A program made the translations under genes and the position numbers. A stretch of DNA of 23,490 nucleotides from a virus (taxonomy: Duplodnaviria; Heunggongvirae; Uroviricota; Caudoviricetes): positions 1 through 23,490 of the IMG/VR virus record IMGVR_UViG_2563366807_000007, one strand, 5' to 3'. This document shows positions 6,732 to 15,548 of the stretch, one piece after another. The notes under the pieces were generated by a model that did no database searches, was not told where the DNA came from, and saw only the letters and a program-made list of their open reading frames with translations. Position 1 is the first letter of the stretch. Each line of letters opens with the position of its first letter.

Positions 6732-7241
6732 GTGGCTACGCAGACTGAAGTTGCCAGGCATTTAAGTCTGACCGATCGCCAGCTTCGCAGATTGCAGAAA
6801 TTGCCGGGTGCCCCGATATCGAATAAGCGAGGGCAACTGGATCTGGATGCCTGGCGCGATTTTTACATATCGTATCTGAGAAGAAGTAAAAACGATGTGC
6901 CTGATGGCGATAGCGAAGACGACTATGAGGAGAAATTGCTTATTGCCAGATGGGAACTGACAGCAGAACAGGCTGTTACACAGCAGTTAAAAAATGAGGT
7001 GTCAAAAGGAAAACTTATTGATACCGGGTTCTGTATTTTTGCCCTCAGCAAGCTGGCAATGGCGTTATCCAGTACGCTTGATTCCATCCCTTTATCCATG
7101 CAGCGACAGTTTCCTGATTTAACACCGCGCCATCTTGACCATCTGAAAACCCTTATTGCGAAGGGGGCAAATCAGTGTGCGCGGGCGGGGGATAAATTAC
7201 CGGATTTACTCGATGAATATATCAGAGCAACAACTGAATAA
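6732..7241 (+). CDS. nu1: Terminase small subunit (lambda Nu1-like)
   Basis: GTG start with RBS GAGGTGAGGAG. The segment TGFCIFALSKLAMALSSTLDSIPLSMQRQFPDLTPRHLDHLK aligns with lambda Nu1 (TAFCTFVLSRIAGEIASILDGLPLSVQRRFPELENRHVDFLK). It lies downstream of cos and its 3' end overlaps the start of A. Confidence 0.9.
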   Translation: MATQTEVARHLSLTDRQLRRLQKLPGAPISNKRGQLDLDAWRDFYISYLRRSKNDVPDGDSEDDYEEKLLIARWELTAEQAVTQQLKNEVSKGKLIDTGFCIFALSKLAMALSSTLDSIPLSMQRQFPDLTPRHLDHLKTLIAKGANQCARAGDKLPDLLDEYIRATTE

Positions 7242-9141
7242 TATGATGAGTGCTGTCACAACAGCATTACAGCCCCTGATAAGGGCATTGCCGGTGACGC
7301 CAGTTGAATGGGCTGATCAAAATTATTATCTGCCTAAAGAATCTTCATATGGTGAGGGAGAATGGAAAACGCTGCCGTTCCAGATCGCCATCATGAACAG
7401 CATGGGGAATGATCAGATCCGGACTGTTAATCTGATTAAATCTGCCCGTGTTGGCTATACAAAGATGTTGCTGGGGGTGGTCGGGTATTTTATTGAGCAT
7501 AAATCCCGAAACAGTCTGCTTTTTCAGCCCACGGATTCTGCCGCTGAAGATTTTATGAAGTCTCACGTGGAGGCGACGATTCGGGATGTGCCATGTCTGA
7601 AAGACCTTTTTCCATGGCTGGGGCGTAAACATCGTGACAATACCCTCACGCTGAAACGCTTTTCATCGGGTGTGGGTTTCTGGTGCCTGGGCGGCGCTGC
7701 CGCCAAAAACTACCGTGAAAAATCCGTGGACGTGGTCTGCTATGACGAACTTTCCTCGTTCGAACCGGATGTCGAAAAAGAGGGTTCGCCAACCCTGCTT
7801 GGGGATAAACGTATTGAGGGCTCTGTATGGCCCAAATCCATTCGCGGCTCGACGCCTAAAATCAAAGGCACCTGCCAGATCGAAAAAGCGGCCAACGAGT
7901 CGGCGCATTTCATGCGTTTTTATGTGCCCTGCCCACACTGTGGGGAGGAGCAGTATCTGAAATTTGGCGATGAATCCACGCCTTTTGGCCTTAAATGGGA
8001 GAAGGACAGCCCCGAAAGCGTTTTCTACCTCTGTGAACATCATGGCTGCGTGATCCATCAGTCTGAGCTTGACCAGAGCAACGGGCGGTGGATCTGTGAA
8101 AACACGGGGATGTGGACCCGTGACGGTCTGACGTTTTTCAGCGCCGCGGATAATGAAATTCCGCCGCCGCGCTCCATCACGTTCCATATCTGGACAGCGT
8201 ACAGTCCGTTCACCACCTGGGTACAGATAGTCTATGACTGGCTGGATGCACTGAAAGATCCCAACGGCCTGAAAACCTTTGTGAACACCACGCTGGGCGA
8301 GACCTGGGAAGAGGCCGTGGGCGAAAAACTCGATCACCAGGTGCTGATGGATAAGGTTGTGCGTTACACGGCGGCGGTGCCTGCCCGGGTGGTTTATCTG
8401 ACGGCGGGCATTGACTCGCAGCGAAACCGTTTTGAGATGTATGTCTGGGGATGGGCACCGGGAGAGGAAGCTTTTCTGGTGGATAAAATCATCATTATGG
8501 GGCGTCCTGATGAGGAAGAGACGCTGTTACGTGTGGATGCGGCGATCAACAAAAAATACCGCCATGCGGATGGCACCGAAATGACCATTTCCCGTGTCTG
8601 CTGGGACACCGGGGGGATCGATGGTGAAATCGTCTACCAGAGGTCAAAAAAACACGGTGTTTTCCGTGTGCTGCCGGTAAAAGGCGCGTCTGTCTATGGC
8701 AAGCCGGTGATCACCATGCCGAAAACCCGCAATCAGCGGGGCGTTTATCTGTGTGAAGTGGGGACGGACACCGCAAAAGAAATTCTCTATGCCCGTATGA
8801 AAGCCGAGCCCACGCCTGCGGATGAAGCCACGTCGTATGCCATCCGTTTTCCTGATGATCCGGAGATTTTTTCGCAGACAGAGGCGCAGCAACTGGTCGC
8901 GGAAGAGCTTGTGGAGAAGTGGGAAAAAGGAAAGATGCGTCTGCTGTGGGATAACAAAAAGCGGCGTAACGAAGCGCTGGACTGCCTGGTGTATGCCTAC
9001 GCGGCATTACGTGTGTCCGTGCAACGCTGGCAGCTTGATCTGGCTGTACTGGCAAAATCCCGGGAAGAAGAGACGACCCGGCCAACCCTTAAAGAACTGG
9101 CAGCGAAGCTGTCCGGAGGAGTGAATGGTTACAGTCGCTGA
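7213..9141 (+). CDS. A: Terminase large subunit (lambda gpA-like)
   Basis: 642 aa. Collinear high-identity match to lambda gpA (VEWADQNYYLPKES, KNYREKSVDV, LGDKRIEGSVWPKSIRGSTPK, TAYSPFTTWVQIV, WDNKKRRNEALDC). True start is ATG 7213; the track ORF from 7156 over-extends. Confidence 0.95.
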   Translation: MNISEQQLNNMMSAVTTALQPLIRALPVTPVEWADQNYYLPKESSYGEGEWKTLPFQIAIMNSMGNDQIRTVNLIKSARVGYTKMLLGVVGYFIEHKSRNSLLFQPTDSAAEDFMKSHVEATIRDVPCLKDLFPWLGRKHRDNTLTLKRFSSGVGFWCLGGAAAKNYREKSVDVVCYDELSSFEPDVEKEGSPTLLGDKRIEGSVWPKSIRGSTPKIKGTCQIEKAANESAHFMRFYVPCPHCGEEQYLKFGDESTPFGLKWEKDSPESVFYLCEHHGCVIHQSELDQSNGRWICENTGMWTRDGLTFFSAADNEIPPPRSITFHIWTAYSPFTTWVQIVYDWLDALKDPNGLKTFVNTTLGETWEEAVGEKLDHQVLMDKVVRYTAAVPARVVYLTAGIDSQRNRFEMYVWGWAPGEEAFLVDKIIIMGRPDEEETLLRVDAAINKKYRHADGTEMTISRVCWDTGGIDGEIVYQRSKKHGVFRVLPVKGASVYGKPVITMPKTRNQRGVYLCEVGTDTAKEILYARMKAEPTPADEATSYAIRFPDDPEIFSQTEAQQLVAEELVEKWEKGKMRLLWDNKKRRNEALDCLVYAYAALRVSVQRWQLDLAVLAKSREEETTRPTLKELAAKLSGGVNGYSR

Positions 9142-9331
9142 ACTGCAGGCGCTGCGTCAGGCGCGCCTTGATTTATTAACCGGTAAACGGGTGGTGTCTG
9201 TCCAGAAAGATGGACGAAGAATTGAATATACGGCGGCCTCTCTGGATGAGCTTAACCGTGCGATCAATGATGCTGAGTTGGTACTGGGGACAACCCGCCG
9301 TCGCCGTCGTCCGCTGGGAGTGAGGTTATGA
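9125..9331 (+). CDS. W: Head-tail joining protein (lambda gpW-like)
   Basis: 68 aa. LTGKRVVSVQKDGRRIEYTAASL matches lambda gpW ([23 protein letters not shown]). Overlaps the end of A and the start of B. Confidence 0.9.
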   Translation: MVTVAELQALRQARLDLLTGKRVVSVQKDGRRIEYTAASLDELNRAINDAELVLGTTRRRRRPLGVRL

Positions 9332-10920
9332 AACGAACGCCTGTCCTGATTGATGTGAACGGCGTTCCGCTTCGGGAGAGCCTCAGCTACAACGGGGGCG
9401 GCGCAGGATTTGGCGGGCAAATGGCGGAGTGGTTGCCACCGGCGCAGAGTGCCGATGCGGCCCTGCTGCCCGCGTTGCGTCTGGGGAATGCCCGGGCAGA
9501 TGATCTGGTGCGCAATAACGGGATAGCGGCCAATGCGGTGGCCCTGCATAAGGATCACATTGTCGGGCATATGTTTCTTATCAGCTACCGCCCGAACTGG
9601 CGCTGGTTGGGGATGCGGGAGACCGCGACAAAAAGTTTTGTCGATGAGGTGGAGGCGGCCTGGTCAGAATACGCAGAAGGGGTGTTTGGCGAGATCGACG
9701 TGGAAGGGAAACGCACGTTTACAGAATTTATTCGTGAAGGTGTGGGCGTTCATGCGTTTAACGGCGAAATCTTTGTGCAGCCGGTCTGGGATCCGGAGAG
9801 CACGCAACTGTTTCGTACGCGTTTTAAAGCCGTGAGTCCGAAACGGGTGGACACGCCAGGACATGGTATCGGGAACCGTTTTCTGCGGGCCGGGGTGGAG
9901 GTCGATCGATATGGTCGTGCCGTTGCGTACCATATCTGTGAGGATGATTTTCCGTTCTCCGGGAGTGGACGATGGGAACGGATCCCGCGTGAACTTCCCA
10001 CCGGGCGTCCGGCCATGCTGCATATTTTCGAGCCGGTGGAGGACGGGCAGACCCGTGGGGCTAATCAGTTTTACAGCGTTATGGAACGGCTGAAGATGCT
10101 CGATTCCCTGCAGGCAACACAGCTTCAGTCGGCCATAGTGAAGGCGATGTATGCAGCGACGATTGAAAGTGACCTTGATACCGAAAAGGCCTTTGAATAT
10201 ATCGCCGGTGCGCCGCAGGGGCAGAAGGATAATCCGCTTATTAATATTCTGGATAAGTTCTCCACCTGGTATGACACGAATAGCGTGACGCTGGGCGGTG
10301 TCAAAATTCCGCACCTTTTCCCCGGTGATGATCTGAAACTTCAGACCGCGCAGGATTCAGACAATGGATTTTCGGCGCTTGAACAGGCGCTGCTGCGGTA
10401 TATCGCCGCCGGTCTTGGCGTTTCCTACGAACAGTTGTCCCGTGATTACTCGAAGGTCAGTTATTCAAGTGCCCGCGCATCCGCCAATGAGTCGTGGCGC
10501 TATTTTATGGGGCGGCGAAAATTTATTGCGTCCCGGCTGGCCACGCAGATGTTTTCCTGCTGGCTGGAAGAGGCACTTCTTCGGGGGATTATTCGTCCGC
10601 CACGGGCACGTTTTGATTTTTATCAGGCGCGATCAGCCTGGTCACGGGCTGAGTGGATTGGAGCCGGAAGAATGGCCATTGACGGGCTCAAGGAGGTTCA
10701 GGAATCAGTGATGCGCATTGAGGCCGGACTGAGCACGTATGAGAAAGAGCTGGCGCTGATGGGCGAGGATTATCAGGACATTTTCCGCCAGCAGGTCAGG
10801 GAATCTGCAGAGCGGGAAAAAGCCGGACTCTCACGTCCGGTGTGGATAGCGCAGGCGTATCAGCAGCAGATAGCGGAGAGTCGCAGGCCGGAAGAGGAGA
10901 CAACACCACGTGAGACGTAA
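9328..10920 (+). CDS. B: Portal protein (lambda gpB-like)
   Basis: 530 aa. Collinear match to lambda gpB (GNARADDLVRNNG, HVFEPVEDGQTRGAN.FYSVME, LQSAIVKAMYAATIES, LLRYIAAGLGVSYEQLSR, WIGAGRMAIDGLKEVQE). Confidence 0.95.
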   Translation: MKRTPVLIDVNGVPLRESLSYNGGGAGFGGQMAEWLPPAQSADAALLPALRLGNARADDLVRNNGIAANAVALHKDHIVGHMFLISYRPNWRWLGMRETATKSFVDEVEAAWSEYAEGVFGEIDVEGKRTFTEFIREGVGVHAFNGEIFVQPVWDPESTQLFRTRFKAVSPKRVDTPGHGIGNRFLRAGVEVDRYGRAVAYHICEDDFPFSGSGRWERIPRELPTGRPAMLHIFEPVEDGQTRGANQFYSVMERLKMLDSLQATQLQSAIVKAMYAATIESDLDTEKAFEYIAGAPQGQKDNPLINILDKFSTWYDTNSVTLGGVKIPHLFPGDDLKLQTAQDSDNGFSALEQALLRYIAAGLGVSYEQLSRDYSKVSYSSARASANESWRYFMGRRKFIASRLATQMFSCWLEEALLRGIIRPPRARFDFYQARSAWSRAEWIGAGRMAIDGLKEVQESVMRIEAGLSTYEKELALMGEDYQDIFRQQVRESAEREKAGLSRPVWIAQAYQQQIAESRRPEEETTPRET

Positions 10921-12358
10921 TCTTTCACACATTATTGCCGCAGCATTCAATGAACCGCTGCTTCTGGAGCCCGCCTATGCGCGGGTTTTCTTTTGCGCGC
11001 TCGGGCGCGAGATAGGGGCAGCAAGTCTTTCGGTACCACAACAACAGGTACAGCTTGATGCTCCCGGAATGCTGGCTGAAACGGACGAGTACATGGCCGG
11101 AGGTAAACGACCGGCCCGTGTTTACCGGGTGGTGAACGGTATTGCTGTACTGCCGGTGACCGGCACGCTGGTGCACCGGCTGGGCGGTATGCGGCCATTT
11201 TCCGGAATGACAGGCTATGACGGCATTGTCGCCTGTCTTCAGCAGGCAATGGCGGATAGCCAGGTGCGGGGCGTACTGCTGGACATTGACAGTCCGGGCG
11301 GGCAGGCCGCCGGCGCGTTTGACTGCGCTGACATGATTTACCGCCTCCGTCAGCAGAAGCCGGTCTGGGCACTGTGCAATGACACTGCCTGTTCTGCAGC
11401 CATGCTGCTGGCGTCGGCCTGCTCCCGACGGCTGGTTACCCAGACATCCCGTATCGGCTCCATTGGCGTGATGATGAGCCATGTCAGCTATGCCGGTCAT
11501 CTGGCGCAGGCCGGTGTGGATATCACGCTGATTTATGCCGGGGCGCACAAGGTGGATGGCAATCAGTTTGAAGCGTTGCCGGCAGAGGTTCGCCAGGACA
11601 TGCAGCAGCGGATTGATGCGGCGCACCGGATGTTTGCCGAAAAAGTGGCGATGTATACCGGGTTGTCTGTGGATGCGGTCACGGGAACAGAGGCCGCCGT
11701 TTTTGAAGGTCAGTCCGGCATTGAGGCCGGGCTGGCGGATGAATTAATCAATGCGTCGGATGCCATCAGTGTGATGGCCACGGCGCTGAACAGTAATGTC
11801 AGAGGAGGCACTATGCCGCAATTAACTGCAACGGAAGCCGCCGTGCAGGAGAACCAGCGAGTGATGGGGATCCTGACATGCCAGGAAGCGAAAGGACGTG
11901 AACAGCTTGCCACGATGCTGGCAGGGCAACAGGGCATGAGCGTTGAACAGGCCCGGGCGATTCTGGCCGCGGCGGCACCGCAGCAGCCGGTGGCATCCGC
12001 GCAGAGTGAAGCCGATCGCATTATGGCGTGTGAAGAAGCGAACGGTCGTGAACAACTGGCGGCTGCACCACTGGCGGATGCCGGGCCCTCACTTCGTGAT
12101 CAGATCATGGCCCTGGATGAGGCAAAAGGGGCAGAAGCGCAGGCTGAAAAACTGGCGGCCTGCCCGGGAATGACCGTGGAGAACGCCCGGGCTGTGCTGG
12201 CTGCGGGATCAGGTAAGGCCGAACCGGTCTCTGCATCCACAACCGCCCTGTTTGAACATTTCATGGCGAATCATTCACCGGCAGCGGTGCGGGGTGGCGT
12301 GTCACAGACGTCAGCAGACGGTGATGCGGACGTGAAAATGCTCATGGCCATGCCATGA
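10910..12358 (+). CDS. C: Head maturation protease / scaffold (lambda gpC-like, S49 peptidase family)
   Basis: GTG start overlapping the end of B. The N-terminal two-thirds match lambda gpC (AFNEPLLLEPAYARVFFCAL). The C-terminal third is Ala/Gln-rich scaffold-like sequence with internal repeats. Confidence 0.9.
   Translation: MRRNLSHIIAAAFNEPLLLEPAYARVFFCALGREIGAASLSVPQQQVQLDAPGMLAETDEYMAGGKRPARVYRVVNGIAVLPVTGTLVHRLGGMRPFSGMTGYDGIVACLQQAMADSQVRGVLLDIDSPGGQAAGAFDCADMIYRLRQQKPVWALCNDTACSAAMLLASACSRRLVTQTSRIGSIGVMMSHVSYAGHLAQAGVDITLIYAGAHKVDGNQFEALPAEVRQDMQQRIDAAHRMFAEKVAMYTGLSVDAVTGTEAAVFEGQSGIEAGLADELINASDAISVMATALNSNVRGGTMPQLTATEAAVQENQRVMGILTCQEAKGREQLATMLAGQQGMSVEQARAILAAAAPQQPVASAQSEADRIMACEEANGREQLAAAPLADAGPSLRDQIMALDEAKGAEAQAEKLAACPGMTVENARAVLAAGSGKAEPVSASTTALFEHFMANHSPAAVRGGVSQTSADGDADVKMLMAMP
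11813..12358 (+). CDS. nu3: Putative nested scaffolding protein (lambda Nu3-like), in-frame internal start within C
   Basis: In-frame ATG at 11813 preceded by a strong RBS AGAGGAGG (11801-11808). Lambda Nu3 is produced the same way from the 3' part of C. The region encodes low-complexity helical repeats. Confidence 0.5.
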   Translation: MPQLTATEAAVQENQRVMGILTCQEAKGREQLATMLAGQQGMSVEQARAILAAAAPQQPVASAQSEADRIMACEEANGREQLAAAPLADAGPSLRDQIMALDEAKGAEAQAEKLAACPGMTVENARAVLAAGSGKAEPVSASTTALFEHFMANHSPAAVRGGVSQTSADGDADVKMLMAMP

Positions 12359-12394
12359 AGTCAGTGCTGACCATCAATATGAGGTTTTAACAAA

Positions 12395-12742
12395 ATGGTG
12401 ACGAAAACCATCACTGAACAGCGTGCGGAAGTACGTATTTTTGCCGGTAATGATCCGGCTCATACCGCCACAGGCAGCAGCGGGATTTCTTCCGCAACAC
12501 CGGCTCTGACGCCCCTGATGCTGGATGAAGCCACCGGGAAACTGGTGGTCTGGGATGGACAGAAAGCCGGTAGTGCGGTTGGCATACTGGTACTGCCGCT
12601 TGAAGGCACAGAGACAGCGCTGACGTATTACAAGTCGGGAACCTTTGCGACGGAGGCAATCCACTGGCCTGAAAGTGTGGATGAACACAAAAAGGCAAAT
12701 GCCTTTGCCGGCACAGCCCTGAGTCACGCGGCTCTGCCGTAA
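12395..12742 (+). CDS. D: Head decoration protein (lambda gpD-like)
   Basis: 115 aa. NDPAHTATGSSG...TPLMLDEATGKLVVWDG...AVGILV...YYKSGTF matches lambda gpD. Confidence 0.9.
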   Translation: MVTKTITEQRAEVRIFAGNDPAHTATGSSGISSATPALTPLMLDEATGKLVVWDGQKAGSAVGILVLPLEGTETALTYYKSGTFATEAIHWPESVDEHKKANAFAGTALSHAALP

Positions 12743-12750
12743 CACGTTAT

Positions 12751-12770
12751 CAGGCCACCATGGTGGCCTG
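12751..12770. repeat. Perfect 20-nt palindrome CAGGCCACCATGGTGGCCTG in the D-E intergenic region
   Basis: Read directly: 8-bp stem with a 4-nt loop. Followed by ACTGATTTCTGAATG before the E RBS. Confidence 0.5.
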
Positions 12771-12799
12771 ACTGATTTCTGAATGAAAGGAACTGATTT

Positions 12800-13828
12800 A
12801 TGGGATTGTTTACGACCCGCCAGTTACTCGGTTATACCGAACAAAAAGTTAAATTCCGTGCGCTATTTCTGGAGCTGTTTTTCCGCCGTACGGTGAATTT
12901 CCACACCGAAGAGGTGATGCTGGACAAAATTACCGGAAAAACGCCGGTGGCGGCCTATGTCTCCCCGATCGTTGAAGGAAAAGTGCTGCGCCATCGTGGT
13001 GGTGAAACCCGCGTGTTGCGTCCGGGCTACGTCAAGCCGAAACACGAATTTAATTACCAGCAGGCGGTTGAGCGCCTTCCTGGTGAAGATCCATCTCAAC
13101 TGAATGATCCGGCTTACCGCCGTCTGCGTATCATTACCGATAACCTCAAACAGGAAGAGCACGCCATTGTCCAGGTGGAAGAAATGCAGGCGGTAAATGC
13201 TGTGTTGTATGGCAAATACACCATGGAAGGAGACCAGTTCGAGAAAATTGAGGTCGATTTTGGCAGGTCGACGAAGAATAACATCACTCAGGGTAGTGGT
13301 AAGGAGTGGTCAAAACAGGATCGTGACACGTTCGATCCTACACATGATATTGACCTCTACTGCGACCAGGCCAGCGGTCTTGTGAATATTGCCATTATGG
13401 ACGGTACCGGCTGGCGTCTTCTGAATGGTTTTAAGCTGTTCCGCGAAAAACTGGATACCCGTCGCGGTTCAAATTCTCAACTCGAAACGGCAGTGAAAGA
13501 TCTGGGCGCAGTGGTGTCCTTCAAGGGGTATTACGGCGATCTGGCCATTGTGGTGGCGAAAACGTCTTATATAGCAGAAGACGGTATCGAAAAACGTTAT
13601 CTTCCAGATGGCATGCTGGTTCTGGGGAATACTGCTGCAGATGGGATCCGTTGTTACGGTGCCATTCAGGATGCTCAGGCGTTGTCCGAAGGTGTGGTGG
13701 CCTCTTCCCGTTATCCGAAACACTGGCTGACGGTAGGGGATCCCGCCCGTGAATTTACCATGACGCAGTCCGCGCCGCTGATGGTGTTGCCGGACCCGGA
13801 TGAGTTTGTGGTGGTACAGGTGAAATAA
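12800..13828 (+). CDS. E: Major capsid protein (lambda gpE-like)
   Basis: 342 aa. Collinear high identity to lambda gpE (YVSPIV.G.V.R.RGG, PGYVKPKHE, IVQVEEMQAV.AVL.GKYTM, KLDTRRGSNS.LETAVKDLG, TGDPAREFTM.QSAPLM). Confidence 0.95.
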   Translation: MGLFTTRQLLGYTEQKVKFRALFLELFFRRTVNFHTEEVMLDKITGKTPVAAYVSPIVEGKVLRHRGGETRVLRPGYVKPKHEFNYQQAVERLPGEDPSQLNDPAYRRLRIITDNLKQEEHAIVQVEEMQAVNAVLYGKYTMEGDQFEKIEVDFGRSTKNNITQGSGKEWSKQDRDTFDPTHDIDLYCDQASGLVNIAIMDGTGWRLLNGFKLFREKLDTRRGSNSQLETAVKDLGAVVSFKGYYGDLAIVVAKTSYIAEDGIEKRYLPDGMLVLGNTAADGIRCYGAIQDAQALSEGVVASSRYPKHWLTVGDPAREFTMTQSAPLMVLPDPDEFVVVQVK

Positions 13829-13836
13829 TCCGTGAG

Positions 13837-13866
13837 CGGGGGCGAAATGCCCCCGTGTCTTTTTTC
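13837..13866 (+). terminator. Intrinsic (rho-independent) terminator downstream of the major capsid gene
   Basis: 7-bp GC stem CGGGGGC/GCCCCCG with loop GAAAT, followed by TGTCTTTTTTC. Lies between the E stop (13828) and the FI start (13880). Confidence 0.6.
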
Positions 13867-13879
13867 ACAGGGGGCTGAT

Positions 13880-14254
13880 ATGGCAACGAAAGAGCAAAAT
13901 CTGAAACGGCTTGATGAACTGGCCCTGATTCTGGGGCGTGAGCCGGATATATCCGGGAGTGCCGCAGAGATAGCGCAGCGGGTGGCAGAATGGGAAGAGG
14001 AAATGCAGTCATCCGGCGATGATGTACAGGTTATGAATATGGATATCCGGGAGCGGGAAACCGCGGCTCATGATGTTCGTGAGGAAACATCCGGCGCGTT
14101 AACGCGCATCAGAGTTCTGACCTGCCTCCATCTCTGTGGCGTTGATGGTGAAACGGGGGAATCCGTTGAGCTTGCGGATGTTGGTCGGGTGATTCTGATT
14201 ATGTCCTCAGATGCAAAAACACACGTTGATGGTGGAATGGCTGTTTATGCGTGA
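13880..14254 (+). CDS. FI: DNA packaging accessory protein (lambda gpFI-like)
   Basis: Position between E and FII, and a similar acidic composition to lambda FI; sequence similarity is weak. Start ATG 13880 is chosen as the first ATG after the terminator; the track ORF starts at 13832. Confidence 0.7.
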   Translation: MATKEQNLKRLDELALILGREPDISGSAAEIAQRVAEWEEEMQSSGDDVQVMNMDIRERETAAHDVREETSGALTRIRVLTCLHLCGVDGETGESVELADVGRVILIMSSDAKTHVDGGMAVYA

Positions 14255-14600
14255 TTTTCAGAATGCCTTTGATGCCGCCCTTGCCGGGGTGGACAGTACG
14301 ATTGTTGAAGTGATGGGGATCCGTGCGCAGTTCACCTCCGGAGCACAACGTGGCGGCGAAGTTCAGGGGGTTTTTGACGATCCGGAGTCGCTGGGTTTTG
14401 CCGGTGGCGGGGTCCGTATTGAAGGAAGCAGCCCGTCATTATTTGTGCGGACGGATACGGTGCGTGCCGTGCGGCGTGGTGACACGCTGACCATTAACGG
14501 CGAGATGTTCTGGGTGGATCGTGTTTCTCCGGATGACGGGGGAAGCTGTTATCTCTGGCTCAACCGTGGGCAACCACCCGCTGTTAACCGGCGACGATAA
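14247..14600 (+). CDS. FII: Head-tail connector protein (lambda gpFII-like)
   Basis: VFDDPE...GVRIEGSSPSLFVRTD.VR..RRGDTLTI....FWVDRVSPDDGGSC.LWL.RG.PPAVNRRR is nearly identical to lambda gpFII. Start is the internal ATG 14247, overlapping the end of FI. Confidence 0.9.
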   Translation: MRDFQNAFDAALAGVDSTIVEVMGIRAQFTSGAQRGGEVQGVFDDPESLGFAGGGVRIEGSSPSLFVRTDTVRAVRRGDTLTINGEMFWVDRVSPDDGGSCYLWLNRGQPPAVNRRR

Positions 14601-14615
14601 ACGCAGGGGGAAATT

Positions 14616-15149
14616 ATGGCGATAAAAGGGCTTGATCAGGCGATTGATAATCTGAGCCGGGTTCGTAAAAACGCCATTCCGGCGGCTTCAGCAATGACGA
14701 TTAACCGCGTGGCCACAACGGCGATTAATCAGTCTTCATCACAGGTTGCCCGGGAGACAAAGGTACGCCGGAAACTGGTTAAGGAACGGTCCAGACTGAA
14801 ACGGGCGACGGTCAGAAATCCGAACGCAAAAATTATCGTTAACCGCGGTGATCTTCCAGTGATTAAGCTGGGGATCAGGATGCTGGGCCGTCGTCCGAAC
14901 AGCATACTTAAAGCCGGTCAGCATCGGTATCAGCGGGCATTCATTCAGCGATTAAAAAACGGTCGCTGGCATGTCATGCAGCGTGTGGCCGGGAAAAACC
15001 GTTACCCTATTGATGTGGTGAAAATCCCGATGGCGGCCCCACTGAAACAGGCGTTTGATGAGAATGTTGACCGTATCCGGCGTGAACGCCTGCCCGGAGA
15101 ACTGGCATCCGCGCTGAAACAACAACTGAGGATTGCGATAAAACGATGA
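14616..15149 (+). CDS. Z: Tail completion protein (lambda gpZ-like)
   Basis: MAIKGL.QA..NLSR....A.P.A.AM.INRVA..AI.QS.SQVARETKVRRKLVKER.RLKRATV.NP and C-terminal GRWHVMQRVAGKNRYPIDVVKIPMA match lambda gpZ. Confidence 0.9.
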   Translation: MAIKGLDQAIDNLSRVRKNAIPAASAMTINRVATTAINQSSSQVARETKVRRKLVKERSRLKRATVRNPNAKIIVNRGDLPVIKLGIRMLGRRPNSILKAGQHRYQRAFIQRLKNGRWHVMQRVAGKNRYPIDVVKIPMAAPLKQAFDENVDRIRRERLPGELASALKQQLRIAIKR

Positions 15150-15541
15150 AACACACTGATATCCGTGCTGCAGTGCTGGATGCACTCGAGCAGCATGAAC
15201 ACGGGGCGACGCTGTTTGATGGTCGCCCCGTTGTTTTTGACGAAGAGGATTTTCCTGCGATCGCGGTTTATCTGACGGATGCAGAGTATACCGGTGAAGA
15301 GCTGGATGCAGATACCTGGCGGGCCACACTGCATATTGAGGTGTTTTTACCGGCACAGGTACCGGATTCAGAGCTTGATCAGTGGATGGAAAGCCGGATT
15401 TATCCGGCGATGACTGCGATCCCGGCACTGGCAGGACTGATTACCACGATGGTTACGCAGGGCTATGAGTATCGTCGTGATGACGATATGGCGTTATGGA
15501 GCTCTGCGGATCTGACTTATTCCATTACATACGAGATGTGA
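15146..15541 (+). CDS. U: Tail terminator protein (lambda gpU-like)
   Basis: 131 aa, near-identical to lambda gpU ([48 protein letters not shown]...[25 protein letters not shown]). Confidence 0.95.
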   Translation: MKHTDIRAAVLDALEQHEHGATLFDGRPVVFDEEDFPAIAVYLTDAEYTGEELDADTWRATLHIEVFLPAQVPDSELDQWMESRIYPAMTAIPALAGLITTMVTQGYEYRRDDDMALWSSADLTYSITYEM

Positions 15542-15548
15542 GGACGAT

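Noticed and set aside
7156-7212. Upstream extensions of track ORFs (A from 7156, K from 20504, FI from 13832, FII from 14211)
   Set aside because: Alignment with lambda homologues and RBS positions place the real starts at 7213, 20765, 13880 and 14247. The extensions overlap the upstream genes.
7663-8337. Long antisense ORFs inside structural genes (7663..8337, 9664..10314, 10925..11626, 17727..18305, 18345..18875, 18821..19339, 20780..21451 on the minus strand)
   Set aside because: They lie wholly within well-supported lambda-like genes on the opposite strand, in GC-rich sequence where long shadow ORFs arise by chance. None has a convincing RBS or a recognisable protein signature.
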